Below are positions 49,284-58,607 of a DNA stretch of 64,000 bases, piece by piece (within the stretch, counting starts at the first letter, position 1; each line of letters begins with the position of its first letter). The stretch lies in contig JBBQXJ010000001.1 in assembly GCA_038209745.1 (NCBI GenBank), positions 1 to 64,000 on the forward strand, written 5' to 3'. A model generated the notes under the pieces. That model was given only the letters and a program-made list of their open reading frames with translations. It did not search any database and had not been told where the DNA came from. The position numbers and the translations under genes are program-made. The stretch is from Verrucomicrobiota bacterium (GTDB lineage: Bacteria; Verrucomicrobiota; Verrucomicrobiia; Limisphaerales; CANJSG01).

Positions 49284-49946
49284 CTAGCGGATCCTGGTGT
49301 TTTCAAACGCGCCCGGCCGAGCGGCGAGCAGGATCTCCTGGATGCCGGCTTCACGGGCCACCTCGGTGAGTCGGATCAGGGTGGCGTTGTCCACCGCCCG
49401 GTCCGCCAAGACCACGAGCGTGACCGGATCCGGCCGCGCTCCGACGGCGTCGCTGAGGGAGATGCGCAGCTGGGCTTCGTTGACGAGCCGGTTCTGGAAG
49501 AAGAACTGGCCGGAGAAATTCACCGCGACGGCCACCGACCGGTTCGCCGTGCCGCCCAGCTCTCCGCGCGCCATCGGCAGTTCGATCCGGCCCGCCGCTT
49601 CCACGAGCTTTCGGACGGAGTCGACCAGCCCACGAGGCGCCGTGTCCGTGGAGACCACGCGGACCGTGCTGCCCGCCGGGAGTTCCGCGAGGCGACGACG
49701 GAGCGTGGGCAAGTCGTTGGTGAGATAGGCGCTGTCCGCGAACTGCACGACGCCGGTGCCGGTGACCTGGATGACCGCCGTGACGGCGTTCAGTCCCGAG
49801 GCCGAACGATCGAGACGGATCGGGATCCCGGGCGTGTAGACGAGCCCGGCCAACACAACGAAGAAAAGCAGCAGGAACAGCACCGAGACCAGCGGCGCGA
49901 CGTTGATCTCGCCCCGGAAGACCTTCGCGTTGCGCGGGAATTTCAT
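49284..49946 (-). CDS. exbD: ExbD/TolR family protein (atypical)
   Basis: INVAPLVSVLFLLLFF TM segment; C-terminal LADRAV...AREAGI; ATGA overlap with exbB. Confidence 0.85.
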   Translation of the reverse strand: MKFPRNAKVFRGEINVAPLVSVLFLLLFFVVLAGLVYTPGIPIRLDRSASGLNAVTAVIQVTGTGVVQFADSAYLTNDLPTLRRRLAELPAGSTVRVVSTDTAPRGLVDSVRKLVEAAGRIELPMARGELGGTANRSVAVAVNFSGQFFFQNRLVNEAQLRISLSDAVGARPDPVTLVVLADRAVDNATLIRLTEVAREAGIQEILLAARPGAFENTRIR

Positions 49947-50566
49947 TCCGTGGGCACGGTGATGTCGCCGACGAGGTTCAGCGCCTCGGTGGACGCCTGT
50001 TCCATGTCGAGCACGATGGCGTTCACACGGCCGACGAGGAAGTTGTAGCCTCCATACGAGACGATCGCGACGACCAGACCGCCGGCGGTGCAGATGAGCG
50101 CTTCCCAGACCCCGCTCGAAAGGCTGCTGACGCTGGCCATGAGGCCCGCGGCTTCCAGCTGGCGAAACACTTTCATCAGACCCAGGACCGTTCCCAGCAA
50201 ACCGACGAGCGGCGAAATGTGGGCCACGGTGGCGAGGATGTTCAGCCGCTTCTCCAGCCGGGGCACTTCGAGGAATCCGGCGTCTTCCAAAGCCTGGCGC
50301 ACGCCGTCGCGGCCGCGATCACGGTTCAACACCGCCACCTTGACCAGACGGGGCACGGGGCCGGCGGTGGCGTCGCAGATCGCGACGGCCTCGACGATGT
50401 TGTCGCGTTTGAGGACGTTGCGGACGCCGTTGAGGAACTCGGCGGCGTTGATCTGCGCGCGGTGGTAGTGGAGCTGACGTTCGATGAAGACCGTCAGCCC
50501 GACGGCGCTCAGCGCGAGCAGCACCCACATGAGGGGCCCGCCCTGCGAAAAGAAACTCGGCAACAT
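49943..50566 (-). CDS. exbB: MotA/TolQ/ExbB proton channel protein
   Basis: GGPLM, SPLVGLLGTVLG and EALICTAGGL motifs. Confidence 0.92.
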   Translation of the reverse strand: MLPSFFSQGGPLMWVLLALSAVGLTVFIERQLHYHRAQINAAEFLNGVRNVLKRDNIVEAVAICDATAGPVPRLVKVAVLNRDRGRDGVRQALEDAGFLEVPRLEKRLNILATVAHISPLVGLLGTVLGLMKVFRQLEAAGLMASVSSLSSGVWEALICTAGGLVVAIVSYGGYNFLVGRVNAIVLDMEQASTEALNLVGDITVPTE

Positions 50567-50677
50567 GGGCAGCGTTATACGCGGGGCCTTCCCGAAAGCA
50601 AATGGCGCGGTGTGGACCACGACCTCTTCGTCCGGATCCCACGAGCAACGATACCGATGGATGGCGGCAAGGAGCGG

Positions 50678-51361
50678 TCAGACCTTCGGCCGCGCCACGA
50701 TCCGCACCTCCCGCTCCGGTCGGATCGCATGCAGGAGTCCACGCAGCAGTCTGAAGCCGCCTTCTCCGAGCTTCATCCGCTTGGCCAAAACACCGGCGAA
50801 ACGGTCATAGCCGAACCGTCCCACGCCGGCCTTTTCCACCTGCCAACCGCATTCCGTCGCCAGCGCTCCGAGTGTCTGGACGTTCCACGAGTAGAGATGA
50901 TGGTTCGGCTCCGCCGGGTCGTAGCGGCGGAATTTGCGGCCGGTTTCCAGCGGGACATGCAGCAGCAACCGGCCCCCGGGCTTCAGCAGCCGCTTCAGCT
51001 CGACCAGCACCTTCGCCGGCTCCAGCACATGCTCCAACGCATGATGGCAGATCAGCACATCGGCGCACTCTTGGGGGAGATCCTCGATTCGTGGAACAAA
51101 CTCGATGCCGGCGACCGTCAATTCATCGACGAGGAAGCCGGAAACGTCGTGCCCCAGCTTCCGGGCGCACGCCAGCTCCCGGAGGTTCCATCCGGCGCCC
51201 ACGCCGAATTCCAGCACCGTGTCCGTGGGTCGAACGAACGGGCGAAACTTCTCCGCTCTCAGCCGCGCCACCCACGGCAGCGCTTCCGCCGGCAGGGCGC
51301 GCTTCACGCCGTGATAATGGCGGCCGGCATCGTCGCGATAGTGCTGTTCGGCATCGGGCAC
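50678..51361 (-). CDS. Class I SAM-dependent methyltransferase
   Basis: VLEFGVGAG, HALEHV and LKPGGRLLL. Confidence 0.88.
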   Translation of the reverse strand: MPDAEQHYRDDAGRHYHGVKRALPAEALPWVARLRAEKFRPFVRPTDTVLEFGVGAGWNLRELACARKLGHDVSGFLVDELTVAGIEFVPRIEDLPQECADVLICHHALEHVLEPAKVLVELKRLLKPGGRLLLHVPLETGRKFRRYDPAEPNHHLYSWNVQTLGALATECGWQVEKAGVGRFGYDRFAGVLAKRMKLGEGGFRLLRGLLHAIRPEREVRIVARPKV

Positions 51362-51432
51362 GGCGCGAGGCTCGCCGGTGCGGCCGGAGTTGCCAATTGA
51401 AGTTTGCCCTCCGCTCCTTTAGGCATTCGCGC

Positions 51433-52488
51433 ATGCGATTTATCGGCAGCGTCATCGAAAAGCTCCAGCGCCACCCGAAGCGGATCGTCTTCCCGGAAGG
51501 CACGGAGCCGCGCGTGATCCAGGCCGCCCGCCAGTTCTACTCCCTCCGCCTCGGCGTCCCCATTCTGCTGGGCAACCGGACCAAGGTGAAGGAAGCCGCC
51601 GAACGCCTGAACGTTTCCCTCGAAGGCGTCCGCATCATCAACCCCGAGGAAAGCGAGGATCTGGAGAACTTCACCCGCCGTTTCAGCCTGCTGCGGCGCT
51701 CGAAGGGCATCCAGGAACGGGAGGCCCGAGAGGCCATGCTGAACCCGAACTACTACGGCGCGATGATGGTGGCGATGCACCAGGCCGATGGCTTCGTCTC
51801 CGGCACCAGCGAGGTCTCGGGCTCCGTCCTCCGGCCCCTCTTCCACATCATCAAGGTCGCCCCCAAGGCGACGACCGCCTCCAGCTGCATGGTCATGGAG
51901 GTGGAGGATTCACGGTTCGGCCAGAACGGCGTGATGTTCATGGCGGATTGCGGCGTCATCCCCGAGCCGAACGTGGAGCAGCTCTCGGACATCGCGATCT
52001 CGACCGCCCGCCTCGCCAAACAGCTCATGGGCCAGCGGGCCCATGCCGCCCTTCTCTCCTACTCCACGAAAGGCAGCGCGAGCCAGCCCAGCATCGGCCG
52101 CGTGCAGGCCGCCACCGCCCTCGCCCAACAACGCGGACATGAACAGGGCCTCGACGCCGATTTCGACGGCGAACTCCAGGTCGACACCGCCCTGATGCCC
52201 GAGATCGCCAGCCGCAAGCTGCCCGAAAGCAAGGTCGCCGGCCGCGCCAACGTCCTCATCTTCCCCGACCTGAACTCCGGCAACATCGCCAGCAAGCTCG
52301 TCCAGCACGTCGCCCGCGCCAACGCCTACGGCCAGATCCTCCTCGGCCTCGACCGCCCAGCCGCCGACGTCTCCCGCGGCGCCAGCGCCCACGACATTCT
52401 CGGTGTCGCCGCCATCATCGGCCTCCAGTCGATCGAATACGCCAAGCTCTACCCCGAATCCGGCACCTCCCTCCCTGGCGACCAGTAG
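51433..52488 (+). CDS. pta: Phosphate acetyltransferase, catalytic (short) form
   Basis: RIVFPEG, ADCGV, LSYSTKGS, DGELQVD, FPDLNSGNI and DVSRG. Confidence 0.9.
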   Translation: MRFIGSVIEKLQRHPKRIVFPEGTEPRVIQAARQFYSLRLGVPILLGNRTKVKEAAERLNVSLEGVRIINPEESEDLENFTRRFSLLRRSKGIQEREAREAMLNPNYYGAMMVAMHQADGFVSGTSEVSGSVLRPLFHIIKVAPKATTASSCMVMEVEDSRFGQNGVMFMADCGVIPEPNVEQLSDIAISTARLAKQLMGQRAHAALLSYSTKGSASQPSIGRVQAATALAQQRGHEQGLDADFDGELQVDTALMPEIASRKLPESKVAGRANVLIFPDLNSGNIASKLVQHVARANAYGQILLGLDRPAADVSRGASAHDILGVAAIIGLQSIEYAKLYPESGTSLPGDQ

Positions 52489-52523
52489 GGCTTCAACCTC
52501 CCGATGGCCATTCGTCCCACGCC

Positions 52524-53618
52524 ATGAACGCATCCACCCCCCGAGTCTTCATCGCCGCCACCCGCCAGAACGACGGCAAGACCACCACGTCTCTCGGCCT
52601 CGTGGCCGCCCTCCAGAAGCACTATCCCCGCGTCGGCTACATCAAGCCCGTCGGCCAGCGGTTCGTCGCCGTGGACGAGGACAAGATCGACGAGGACACC
52701 GTGCTGATGGACAAGGTCTACCAGCTCAACTGCCCCCTCCCCGCGATGAGCCCCATCGCGATCGAGCCCGACTTCACCCGAAAATATCTCCAGAGCTCGA
52801 ACAACGACGTCTTGGTCCGCAAGATCCAGAAGGCCTTCGACCGCGTTTCATGGGAGAAGGACTTCGTCCTCTGCGAAGGCTCCGGCCACGCCGGCGTCGG
52901 CTCCGTCTTCGACCTTTCGAACGCCCAGGTCGCGAAGGTTCTCGGGGCCAAGGTCATCATCGTCAGCCAGGGCGGCATCGGGAAACCGATCGACGAAATA
53001 TCGTTGAACCAGGCCCTCTTCCAGAAGGAAGGCGTCGAGATCATCGGCGTCATCCTCAACAAGGTCCTGCCCGAGAAGCTCGACTTCATCACCGAGTTCG
53101 CCAGGCGCGGCCTCAAGCGCAAGGGGCTCGACCTCCTCGGAGTCCTGCCCTATCAGCCCGTCCTGTCCAGTCCCACCATCGAGCTCATCCGCGAGGAGCT
53201 CGACGCCGCTCCGCTCAATGAATCCAGCGGCGTGGACAACATCATTGAGAGCATCGTCGTCGGCGCCATGGCCCCAAAAAACGCCCTCCGCCACTTCCAG
53301 AACGGCGCCCTCGTCATCACCCCTGGCGATCGAGAAGACCTGATCCTCGCCATTGCCGCCACCCTCTCGGATTCCCGCACCCACAACCTCGCCGGCCTCG
53401 TCCTCACCGGCGACATCCAGCCCGGACCGGTCGTGCTCGAAGCGATCAAGCGCATGCCCTTCCCCGTGCTCCAGACGCCCACGGAAACTTATCAGGTCGC
53501 GTCCAAGGTCCACGACGTGACCGTGAAGACCCGTCCCAGCGACACCATGAAGATCTCCGTCATCCGCGACCTCATCGCCCAGCACGTCGATGTGGAACGG
53601 ATCATCGAAGCGCTGTGA
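52524..53618 (+). CDS. BioD-like P-loop plus DRTGG domain protein (Pta N-terminal region homolog)
   Basis: GKTT, GYIKPVG, CEGSG, VGAM, ITPGDREDL and LVLTG. Confidence 0.88.
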   Translation: MNASTPRVFIAATRQNDGKTTTSLGLVAALQKHYPRVGYIKPVGQRFVAVDEDKIDEDTVLMDKVYQLNCPLPAMSPIAIEPDFTRKYLQSSNNDVLVRKIQKAFDRVSWEKDFVLCEGSGHAGVGSVFDLSNAQVAKVLGAKVIIVSQGGIGKPIDEISLNQALFQKEGVEIIGVILNKVLPEKLDFITEFARRGLKRKGLDLLGVLPYQPVLSSPTIELIREELDAAPLNESSGVDNIIESIVVGAMAPKNALRHFQNGALVITPGDREDLILAIAATLSDSRTHNLAGLVLTGDIQPGPVVLEAIKRMPFPVLQTPTETYQVASKVHDVTVKTRPSDTMKISVIRDLIAQHVDVERIIEAL

Positions 53619-53623
53619 AACCG

Positions 53624-53716
53624 GAGTCTGAATTTAACTCTTAATCTTCGTCTCAATCTGATTCTCAACCACACCCGCATCGATTGGGATCAAGAGTAAG
53701 ATTGAGATTAAGACTC
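53624..53716. repeat. AT-rich 35-bp imperfect inverted repeat built from 6-nt units
   Basis: Arms 53624-53658 and 53682-53716, 27/35 complementary; units like taatct/caatct and gattaa/gattga. Confidence 0.8.
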
Positions 53717-53727
53717 GCCATTCTCCC

Positions 53728-54825
53728 ATGCCTCCCCAACCCAATCCCCAGCTCGCCACGCTCCCCGTCTACCAGCCCGGTCGGCCCATTGAAGAGGTCG
53801 CCCGGGAACTCGGCCTGGAAGCCAAGTCCATCATCAAGCTGGCCTCCAACGAGAACCCGCTCGGGCCGTCGCCCAAGGCCGTCGCCGCGATGGAAACGGT
53901 CGTCCGCAACCTGCATCTCTACCCGGATGGAAACGCCTTCTACCTGAAGCGCGCCTTGGCGGAAAAGCTGGATGTGGAGACTTCGAACCTGATCCTCGGC
54001 AATGGCTCCAACGAGATCATCGAGTTCATCGGCCACGCCTTCATGGGGCCCGGCTCGAACATCGTCGTCTCCCAATACTGCTTCGCCATCTATCCCATCG
54101 TCGCGAAGATGATGGGTGCCGACGTGATCACCGTGCCCGCGAGGAAGCTGGGCCACGACCTGACGGCGATGGCCGCCGCCATCACGCCCCAAACCCGCGT
54201 GGTCTTCGTGGCCAATCCCAACAATCCCACCGGCACGCTCGCCACCCGGGAGGAAGCCACGACCTTCCTCGATGCCGTGCCGGAGAACGTCCTGCTGGTG
54301 ATGGACGAGGCGTATATCGAGTTTCTCACCGACCCGGTCGATCTGCTCCCGCTCATCCGTGCCGGCACCCAGCCGAACATTCTGCTCATGCGGACGTTCT
54401 CCAAGATCTTCGGCCTGGCCGGACTGCGGCTCGGCTACGGCATCGGGTCGCCGGCGTTGATCTCCGCAATGGAGAAGGTCCGCCAGCCCTTCAACATCAA
54501 CGCCATCGCCCAAGCCGGCGCCCTCGCCGCCCTCGACGACGCCGAGCACCTCGCCGCCACCCGCCTGAACAACCGTCTGGGGCTCGACCTCCTCGAATCC
54601 GCCTTCCGCCAGATGGGTCTCGAATTCGTCCAATCCGCCGGGAACTTCATCCTCGTCCGAGTGGGCGACGGCGGGAAGGTCTTCGCCGAACTCCAAAAGC
54701 GGGGCGTCATCACGCGTCTGATGGCCGGCTATCAGCTTCCAGAATGGATCCGCATCTCCGTCGGCACCTCCCACGAAAACACGCGCTGCCTGGCCGCATT
54801 GCGAGAGGTGCTGGACAAGGCGTAA
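53728..54825 (+). CDS. hisC: Histidinol-phosphate aminotransferase
   Basis: KLASNENP, YPD, NPNNPTG, DEAY and RTFSKIFGLAGLRLGY. Confidence 0.96.
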   Translation: MPPQPNPQLATLPVYQPGRPIEEVARELGLEAKSIIKLASNENPLGPSPKAVAAMETVVRNLHLYPDGNAFYLKRALAEKLDVETSNLILGNGSNEIIEFIGHAFMGPGSNIVVSQYCFAIYPIVAKMMGADVITVPARKLGHDLTAMAAAITPQTRVVFVANPNNPTGTLATREEATTFLDAVPENVLLVMDEAYIEFLTDPVDLLPLIRAGTQPNILLMRTFSKIFGLAGLRLGYGIGSPALISAMEKVRQPFNINAIAQAGALAALDDAEHLAATRLNNRLGLDLLESAFRQMGLEFVQSAGNFILVRVGDGGKVFAELQKRGVITRLMAGYQLPEWIRISVGTSHENTRCLAALREVLDKA

Positions 54826-54882
54826 GGCTAACTCGAAGTCGCGGGGCTGGGACGGCTCGCCGCTGTGTCCGCTCCGCGACCC

Positions 54883-54921
54883 AAAAGAAAAGGCGGGCCC
54901 GTTTTCGGGCCCGCCTTTCTT
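54883..54921. terminator. Bidirectional intrinsic terminator
   Basis: aaaagaaaaggcgggcccg-tttt-cgggcccgcctttctt between convergent genes. Confidence 0.9.
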
Positions 54922-54934
54922 GATTCTTAACCGC

Positions 54935-57310
54935 TCAGTTCGGCAGCGCGTTGATCGTCTGCAGCACTTCCTGCTCGATCGGCTTCCCGTCCTTCGCCTT
55001 CAGGAGGAACTTGGTGAGCACCTGGGCCACCGGTTTCCAGTCGGCGAAGTGGAGCGTCAGCGTCCGGCCGTCGGCCGAGAGTTCGGTGCTGACCACCGCG
55101 ATCTTGTCGTGACCGAGCTTTGTCGGATCCATCGCGGACACGTCCCAGCCGCCATAGTTCAGGTTGTTGTCGGGGTTGTGCTTGATGTGGCCGTTGACCG
55201 CTTTGTCCTCGGTGAACTTGTTGGCGTAGTTCCAACGTTCGACGGCGAAATTCTCCTTGTCGGTCGCTTCCTTGGCATCGAGCGGCTGGGTGAAATGGAA
55301 CTTCATGCCGTCCTTGGTGGTCGTGATACCGTCGACGGAATAGCGGGGCTTGCCGGTGAAGCGCACCCGTTCGAAGCCGCCGAGCTTCACCGCCTTGGTC
55401 TGCCAACCCTGGAGACCGACGACGTAGAGCTGACCGTCGGCCGGGTTGAAGCGCCCGCGCATGGCCGAGGAGCTGAACTTCACGGGAATGCGGACGGCGC
55501 CGGCCTGCATGTGTCCTTTGACCTCTTCGGTCATCACATCGTAGATCGCGCACTGGCCGTAGGAGAGATGGAGGAGCGTGCCTTTGGGCAGACCCCAGCG
55601 GTTGTCGAGCACCCACACTTGGCCACCGCCCGAATTGTCCCATGACATGTCGAACCACATGAGGGGCTGGTCGCGTTCGGAGAAGGGTTTTCCGCCGGTG
55701 TCTTCCACGCCGTAGAAGCCGCCGGGCTTGATCCAGTTGAGCGGGCAGGCCGGCACCCAGGAGCCTTCGTTGTCGCCGGAGGTGAGCTGGCCGTTCCACG
55801 GATTGACGCCGATGCCGTTGGGGGCGCGGAGTCCCGAGGCCACGACCTCGAACTTCTTCCCGTCTTTGGAAACCTTCAGGAGCTTGCCGGCGTCCGCCGT
55901 GACCAAGCCGTTGCCGCCACCGCCGCCGAAGCCGCGACCGCCGCCACGGACGGGGCCCGCCTTGGAGAAGTAGAAGTTGCCTTCCTTGTCGGTCTGCAGG
56001 TCGAAGACGAACTCGTGGAAGCCCCAAGAGGCGGTGATGTCATAGTTGAAGTTCTCGTAGAAATCCGCCTGTCCGTCGTTGTTCAGATCGTGCAGGCGGG
56101 TGATGCCGTCGCGTCCCGAGACGTAGATGGTGCCGTCCACGATCTTCAGACCGAGCGAGTCGAACATGCCGGAGGCGAAGCGGGTCCACTTGACGTCGGC
56201 GAGCTTGGAGTCGATGCCGGTGACGATCCAGACGTCGCCTTCCCAGGTGGAGACGGCGGCGGAATGGCCGCCGGGGAAGAAGTCGAATCCGCCGGTGCGG
56301 ACGCGGCGCTTCCAGGGATTGTCCAGCGGGGCGTTGATGGTGTCGGTGACGAACGACCCGTCCGGGGTCTCGCTGGTGTCGAGCTTGCCGCCAGGGGCGA
56401 CGGCCTGGGGCCAGCGGTTGGCCTCGGGCTTCATCGGATCGACCATGTTGACGGGGGTCGCGGCCAGCTTGGCGACGACGGCCTGCTTGCTCTTGTCACC
56501 GGACCAGAGCGTCACCTTGAAGGTGGTGGCCTCGGTTCCTTTGGCGATCTTCAAGACGAGACGCCCACCGCTGGCTTCCAGAGTGGCGCCGGCGGGAGCG
56601 CCCGACAGCATCGCCACGGTGACGGAATCACCGGGACCGTTCAGCGTGGCTTTGGCGCCTTCCACCGAGCCGCTCGCCCCGGCGACGTCTGCCAGCATGG
56701 TGGAGATCGTCTCGCCGGTCTTGGAGGAGAACAGACCCTTTGGCGGAACGATCTTCAGAGTGCGGGTGAAGGCAACCTCGCCATCCGCCTCTTCGCTGCC
56801 GGGCTGTTCGTAGACCTTGGTGCCGCGAACCGTCTCCGCGATCACAACCTTGTCCCCCACGACGTAGACACCGTCGAAACGGGCCACACTGTGGTCCATC
56901 GGACCGAAAGGCTCCGGGCTGCGGGTGTCCTTGAAGTCGCCGTCCTTGCCGGCCCAACCGGGACCCATCGGAGTCCCGATCTTCTGCGAACCGACCATTT
57001 CGGGGAATGCGCCGTGGGCGCCGTCATAGGTGACACCGTGGGTGCTGATGAATCCGCCGGTCCAGGCGGCCTGCCAGCGGACGAGGTCTTCGTCGAAGCT
57101 CATCGTCGCGTTGTGGCCGACGTGGATCGCGATGCCTTTGGGCGCCTTGTCGGCCGGTTCGTCGCCCGTCTTGCGGGTGCCGATGATGGTTTTCTGGAAC
57201 GGGAAGTCGTCCTGGAGAAGGCGGTATTGGGCGGAAGCCGTGAAAGTCAGACCGGCGAGGCCGGCGACCAGCAGGGTCCGCATGAGGAATTGGCGGTTTG
57301 GAAAACGCAT
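54935..57310 (-). CDS. Large exported DUF6797-like / sugar-dehydrogenase-type beta-propeller protein
   Basis: Signal peptide; W..DVW, FASG...LG, RDGITRLHDLNNDGQADFYE, GLRAPNG, DNEGSW and RGRFNPADGQLYV. Confidence 0.75.
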   Translation of the reverse strand: MRFPNRQFLMRTLLVAGLAGLTFTASAQYRLLQDDFPFQKTIIGTRKTGDEPADKAPKGIAIHVGHNATMSFDEDLVRWQAAWTGGFISTHGVTYDGAHGAFPEMVGSQKIGTPMGPGWAGKDGDFKDTRSPEPFGPMDHSVARFDGVYVVGDKVVIAETVRGTKVYEQPGSEEADGEVAFTRTLKIVPPKGLFSSKTGETISTMLADVAGASGSVEGAKATLNGPGDSVTVAMLSGAPAGATLEASGGRLVLKIAKGTEATTFKVTLWSGDKSKQAVVAKLAATPVNMVDPMKPEANRWPQAVAPGGKLDTSETPDGSFVTDTINAPLDNPWKRRVRTGGFDFFPGGHSAAVSTWEGDVWIVTGIDSKLADVKWTRFASGMFDSLGLKIVDGTIYVSGRDGITRLHDLNNDGQADFYENFNYDITASWGFHEFVFDLQTDKEGNFYFSKAGPVRGGGRGFGGGGGNGLVTADAGKLLKVSKDGKKFEVVASGLRAPNGIGVNPWNGQLTSGDNEGSWVPACPLNWIKPGGFYGVEDTGGKPFSERDQPLMWFDMSWDNSGGGQVWVLDNRWGLPKGTLLHLSYGQCAIYDVMTEEVKGHMQAGAVRIPVKFSSSAMRGRFNPADGQLYVVGLQGWQTKAVKLGGFERVRFTGKPRYSVDGITTTKDGMKFHFTQPLDAKEATDKENFAVERWNYANKFTEDKAVNGHIKHNPDNNLNYGGWDVSAMDPTKLGHDKIAVVSTELSADGRTLTLHFADWKPVAQVLTKFLLKAKDGKPIEQEVLQTINALPN

Positions 57311-57427
57311 AAAGTTCAAAGTTCGTAGCTGGACGTTGTCGGGACGGGCGAGATTCAACAACTAGCCGGGGTTAGGAACAGGTTTTTTTCAGAGCCACGT
57401 CGCGAGGCACCCTTTTCCCGTCGAAAC

Positions 57428-58582
57428 CTAGCCGCGCACCTGGGCCAGCAGCCGGGGCAGCGCGGCGCAGACGGCGCCCACTTCCACCTCGGTCGTTTCC
57501 CGGCCGAGGGAGAGCCGGACCAACGAGTTCGCCTGGGCCTGGGTCGCGCCCATCGCCAGCATGACATGCGAGGGCTCCAAGCTTCCCGCCGAACACGCGG
57601 AACCGCTGGAGGCGCAGATCCCCTCCAAGTCCAGCACCGCCATCAACACGATGCTGTCGGTCCCGTCCACGGTGAATGCCACGGTATTGGGCAGGCGGGC
57701 TTCGGACCCGACGCCGGCAAATCCGCGAAGGACCACCCCGGGAATGGATCCGGCCGCCCGCGCCAGTTGCCCGGTCCACAACGCGAGCTGGGTCTGAGCA
57801 AAGACCGGTTCCCGCACGAAGCGCTCCGACGCTTCGGCGAATCCGATGATCGCAGGCAGGTTCTCCGTGCCGGCGCGGCGTTCGTTTTCATGTCCGCCGC
57901 CGAAGAGGATCGGATCCGGCTGCAGCGGCGACCGGATGAAAAGCGCGCCCGCTCCTTTGGGTCCGTGAAATTTATGGGCGCAGACGGACACCAGATCGGC
58001 GTTGAACTGGTGGATGGTCTCGAACGGCAGCTTGCCAAACCACTGCGCCGCATCCGTGTGGAAGGCGACGCCCCGCTCCCGGCAAACGCCGCCCAACTCG
58101 GCTACGGGTTGGACAACGCCCGTCTCGTTGTTCGCCGCCATGATCGACACCAGCACGGTGTCGGGGCGCAGCGCCCTTCGCAGATCGCCCGGAGCCACGA
58201 CCCCCTCCGAGCCCACGGGCAGATAGGTGACCGCGAAGCCCTCCTTCTTCTCCAGATACTGGAAGCAATGGAGAGCCGCGTGGTGCTCGATCTGCGAGGT
58301 GATCAAATGACGGCCTTTGTCCCGCAACAGCCGGGCCGTGCCGAAGATGGCGAGATTGTTCGACTCCGTCCCGCCGCCGGTGAAGACCACTTCGCTCGGT
58401 TTGGCCTTCCACACCTGCGAGACCCGGTCGCGGGCGTCGTCCAGCAACGCCCGCGCTTCCCGTCCGATGCGATGGATCGACGATGGGTTGCCCCAGACCT
58501 TGTCCAAGTAGGGCAGCATGGCCTCGCGCACCGCCGGATCGAGCGGCGTGGTGGCGTTGTAGTCGAAGTAGATGGTCCGCAT
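57428..58582 (-). CDS. Cysteine desulfurase, group I (IscS/NifS family)
   Basis: YFDYNATT, GNPSS, NNETG, HKFHGPKG, RAGTEN and SSGSAC. Confidence 0.95.
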   Translation of the reverse strand: MRTIYFDYNATTPLDPAVREAMLPYLDKVWGNPSSIHRIGREARALLDDARDRVSQVWKAKPSEVVFTGGGTESNNLAIFGTARLLRDKGRHLITSQIEHHAALHCFQYLEKKEGFAVTYLPVGSEGVVAPGDLRRALRPDTVLVSIMAANNETGVVQPVAELGGVCRERGVAFHTDAAQWFGKLPFETIHQFNADLVSVCAHKFHGPKGAGALFIRSPLQPDPILFGGGHENERRAGTENLPAIIGFAEASERFVREPVFAQTQLALWTGQLARAAGSIPGVVLRGFAGVGSEARLPNTVAFTVDGTDSIVLMAVLDLEGICASSGSACSAGSLEPSHVMLAMGATQAQANSLVRLSLGRETTEVEVGAVCAALPRLLAQVRG

Positions 58583-58607
58583 CTTTCAAAGGGGGGCGAG
58601 GGCTCCC

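Noticed and set aside
53619..53727. Possible CRISPR array or his attenuator
   Set aside because: No repeat-spacer structure, no cas genes, no His-codon leader and no U-tract.
54838..54880. Extra hairpin gtcgcgg...ccgcgac before the bidirectional terminator
   Set aside because: Single imperfect GC-rich stem with no second copy seen; cannot be distinguished from chance.
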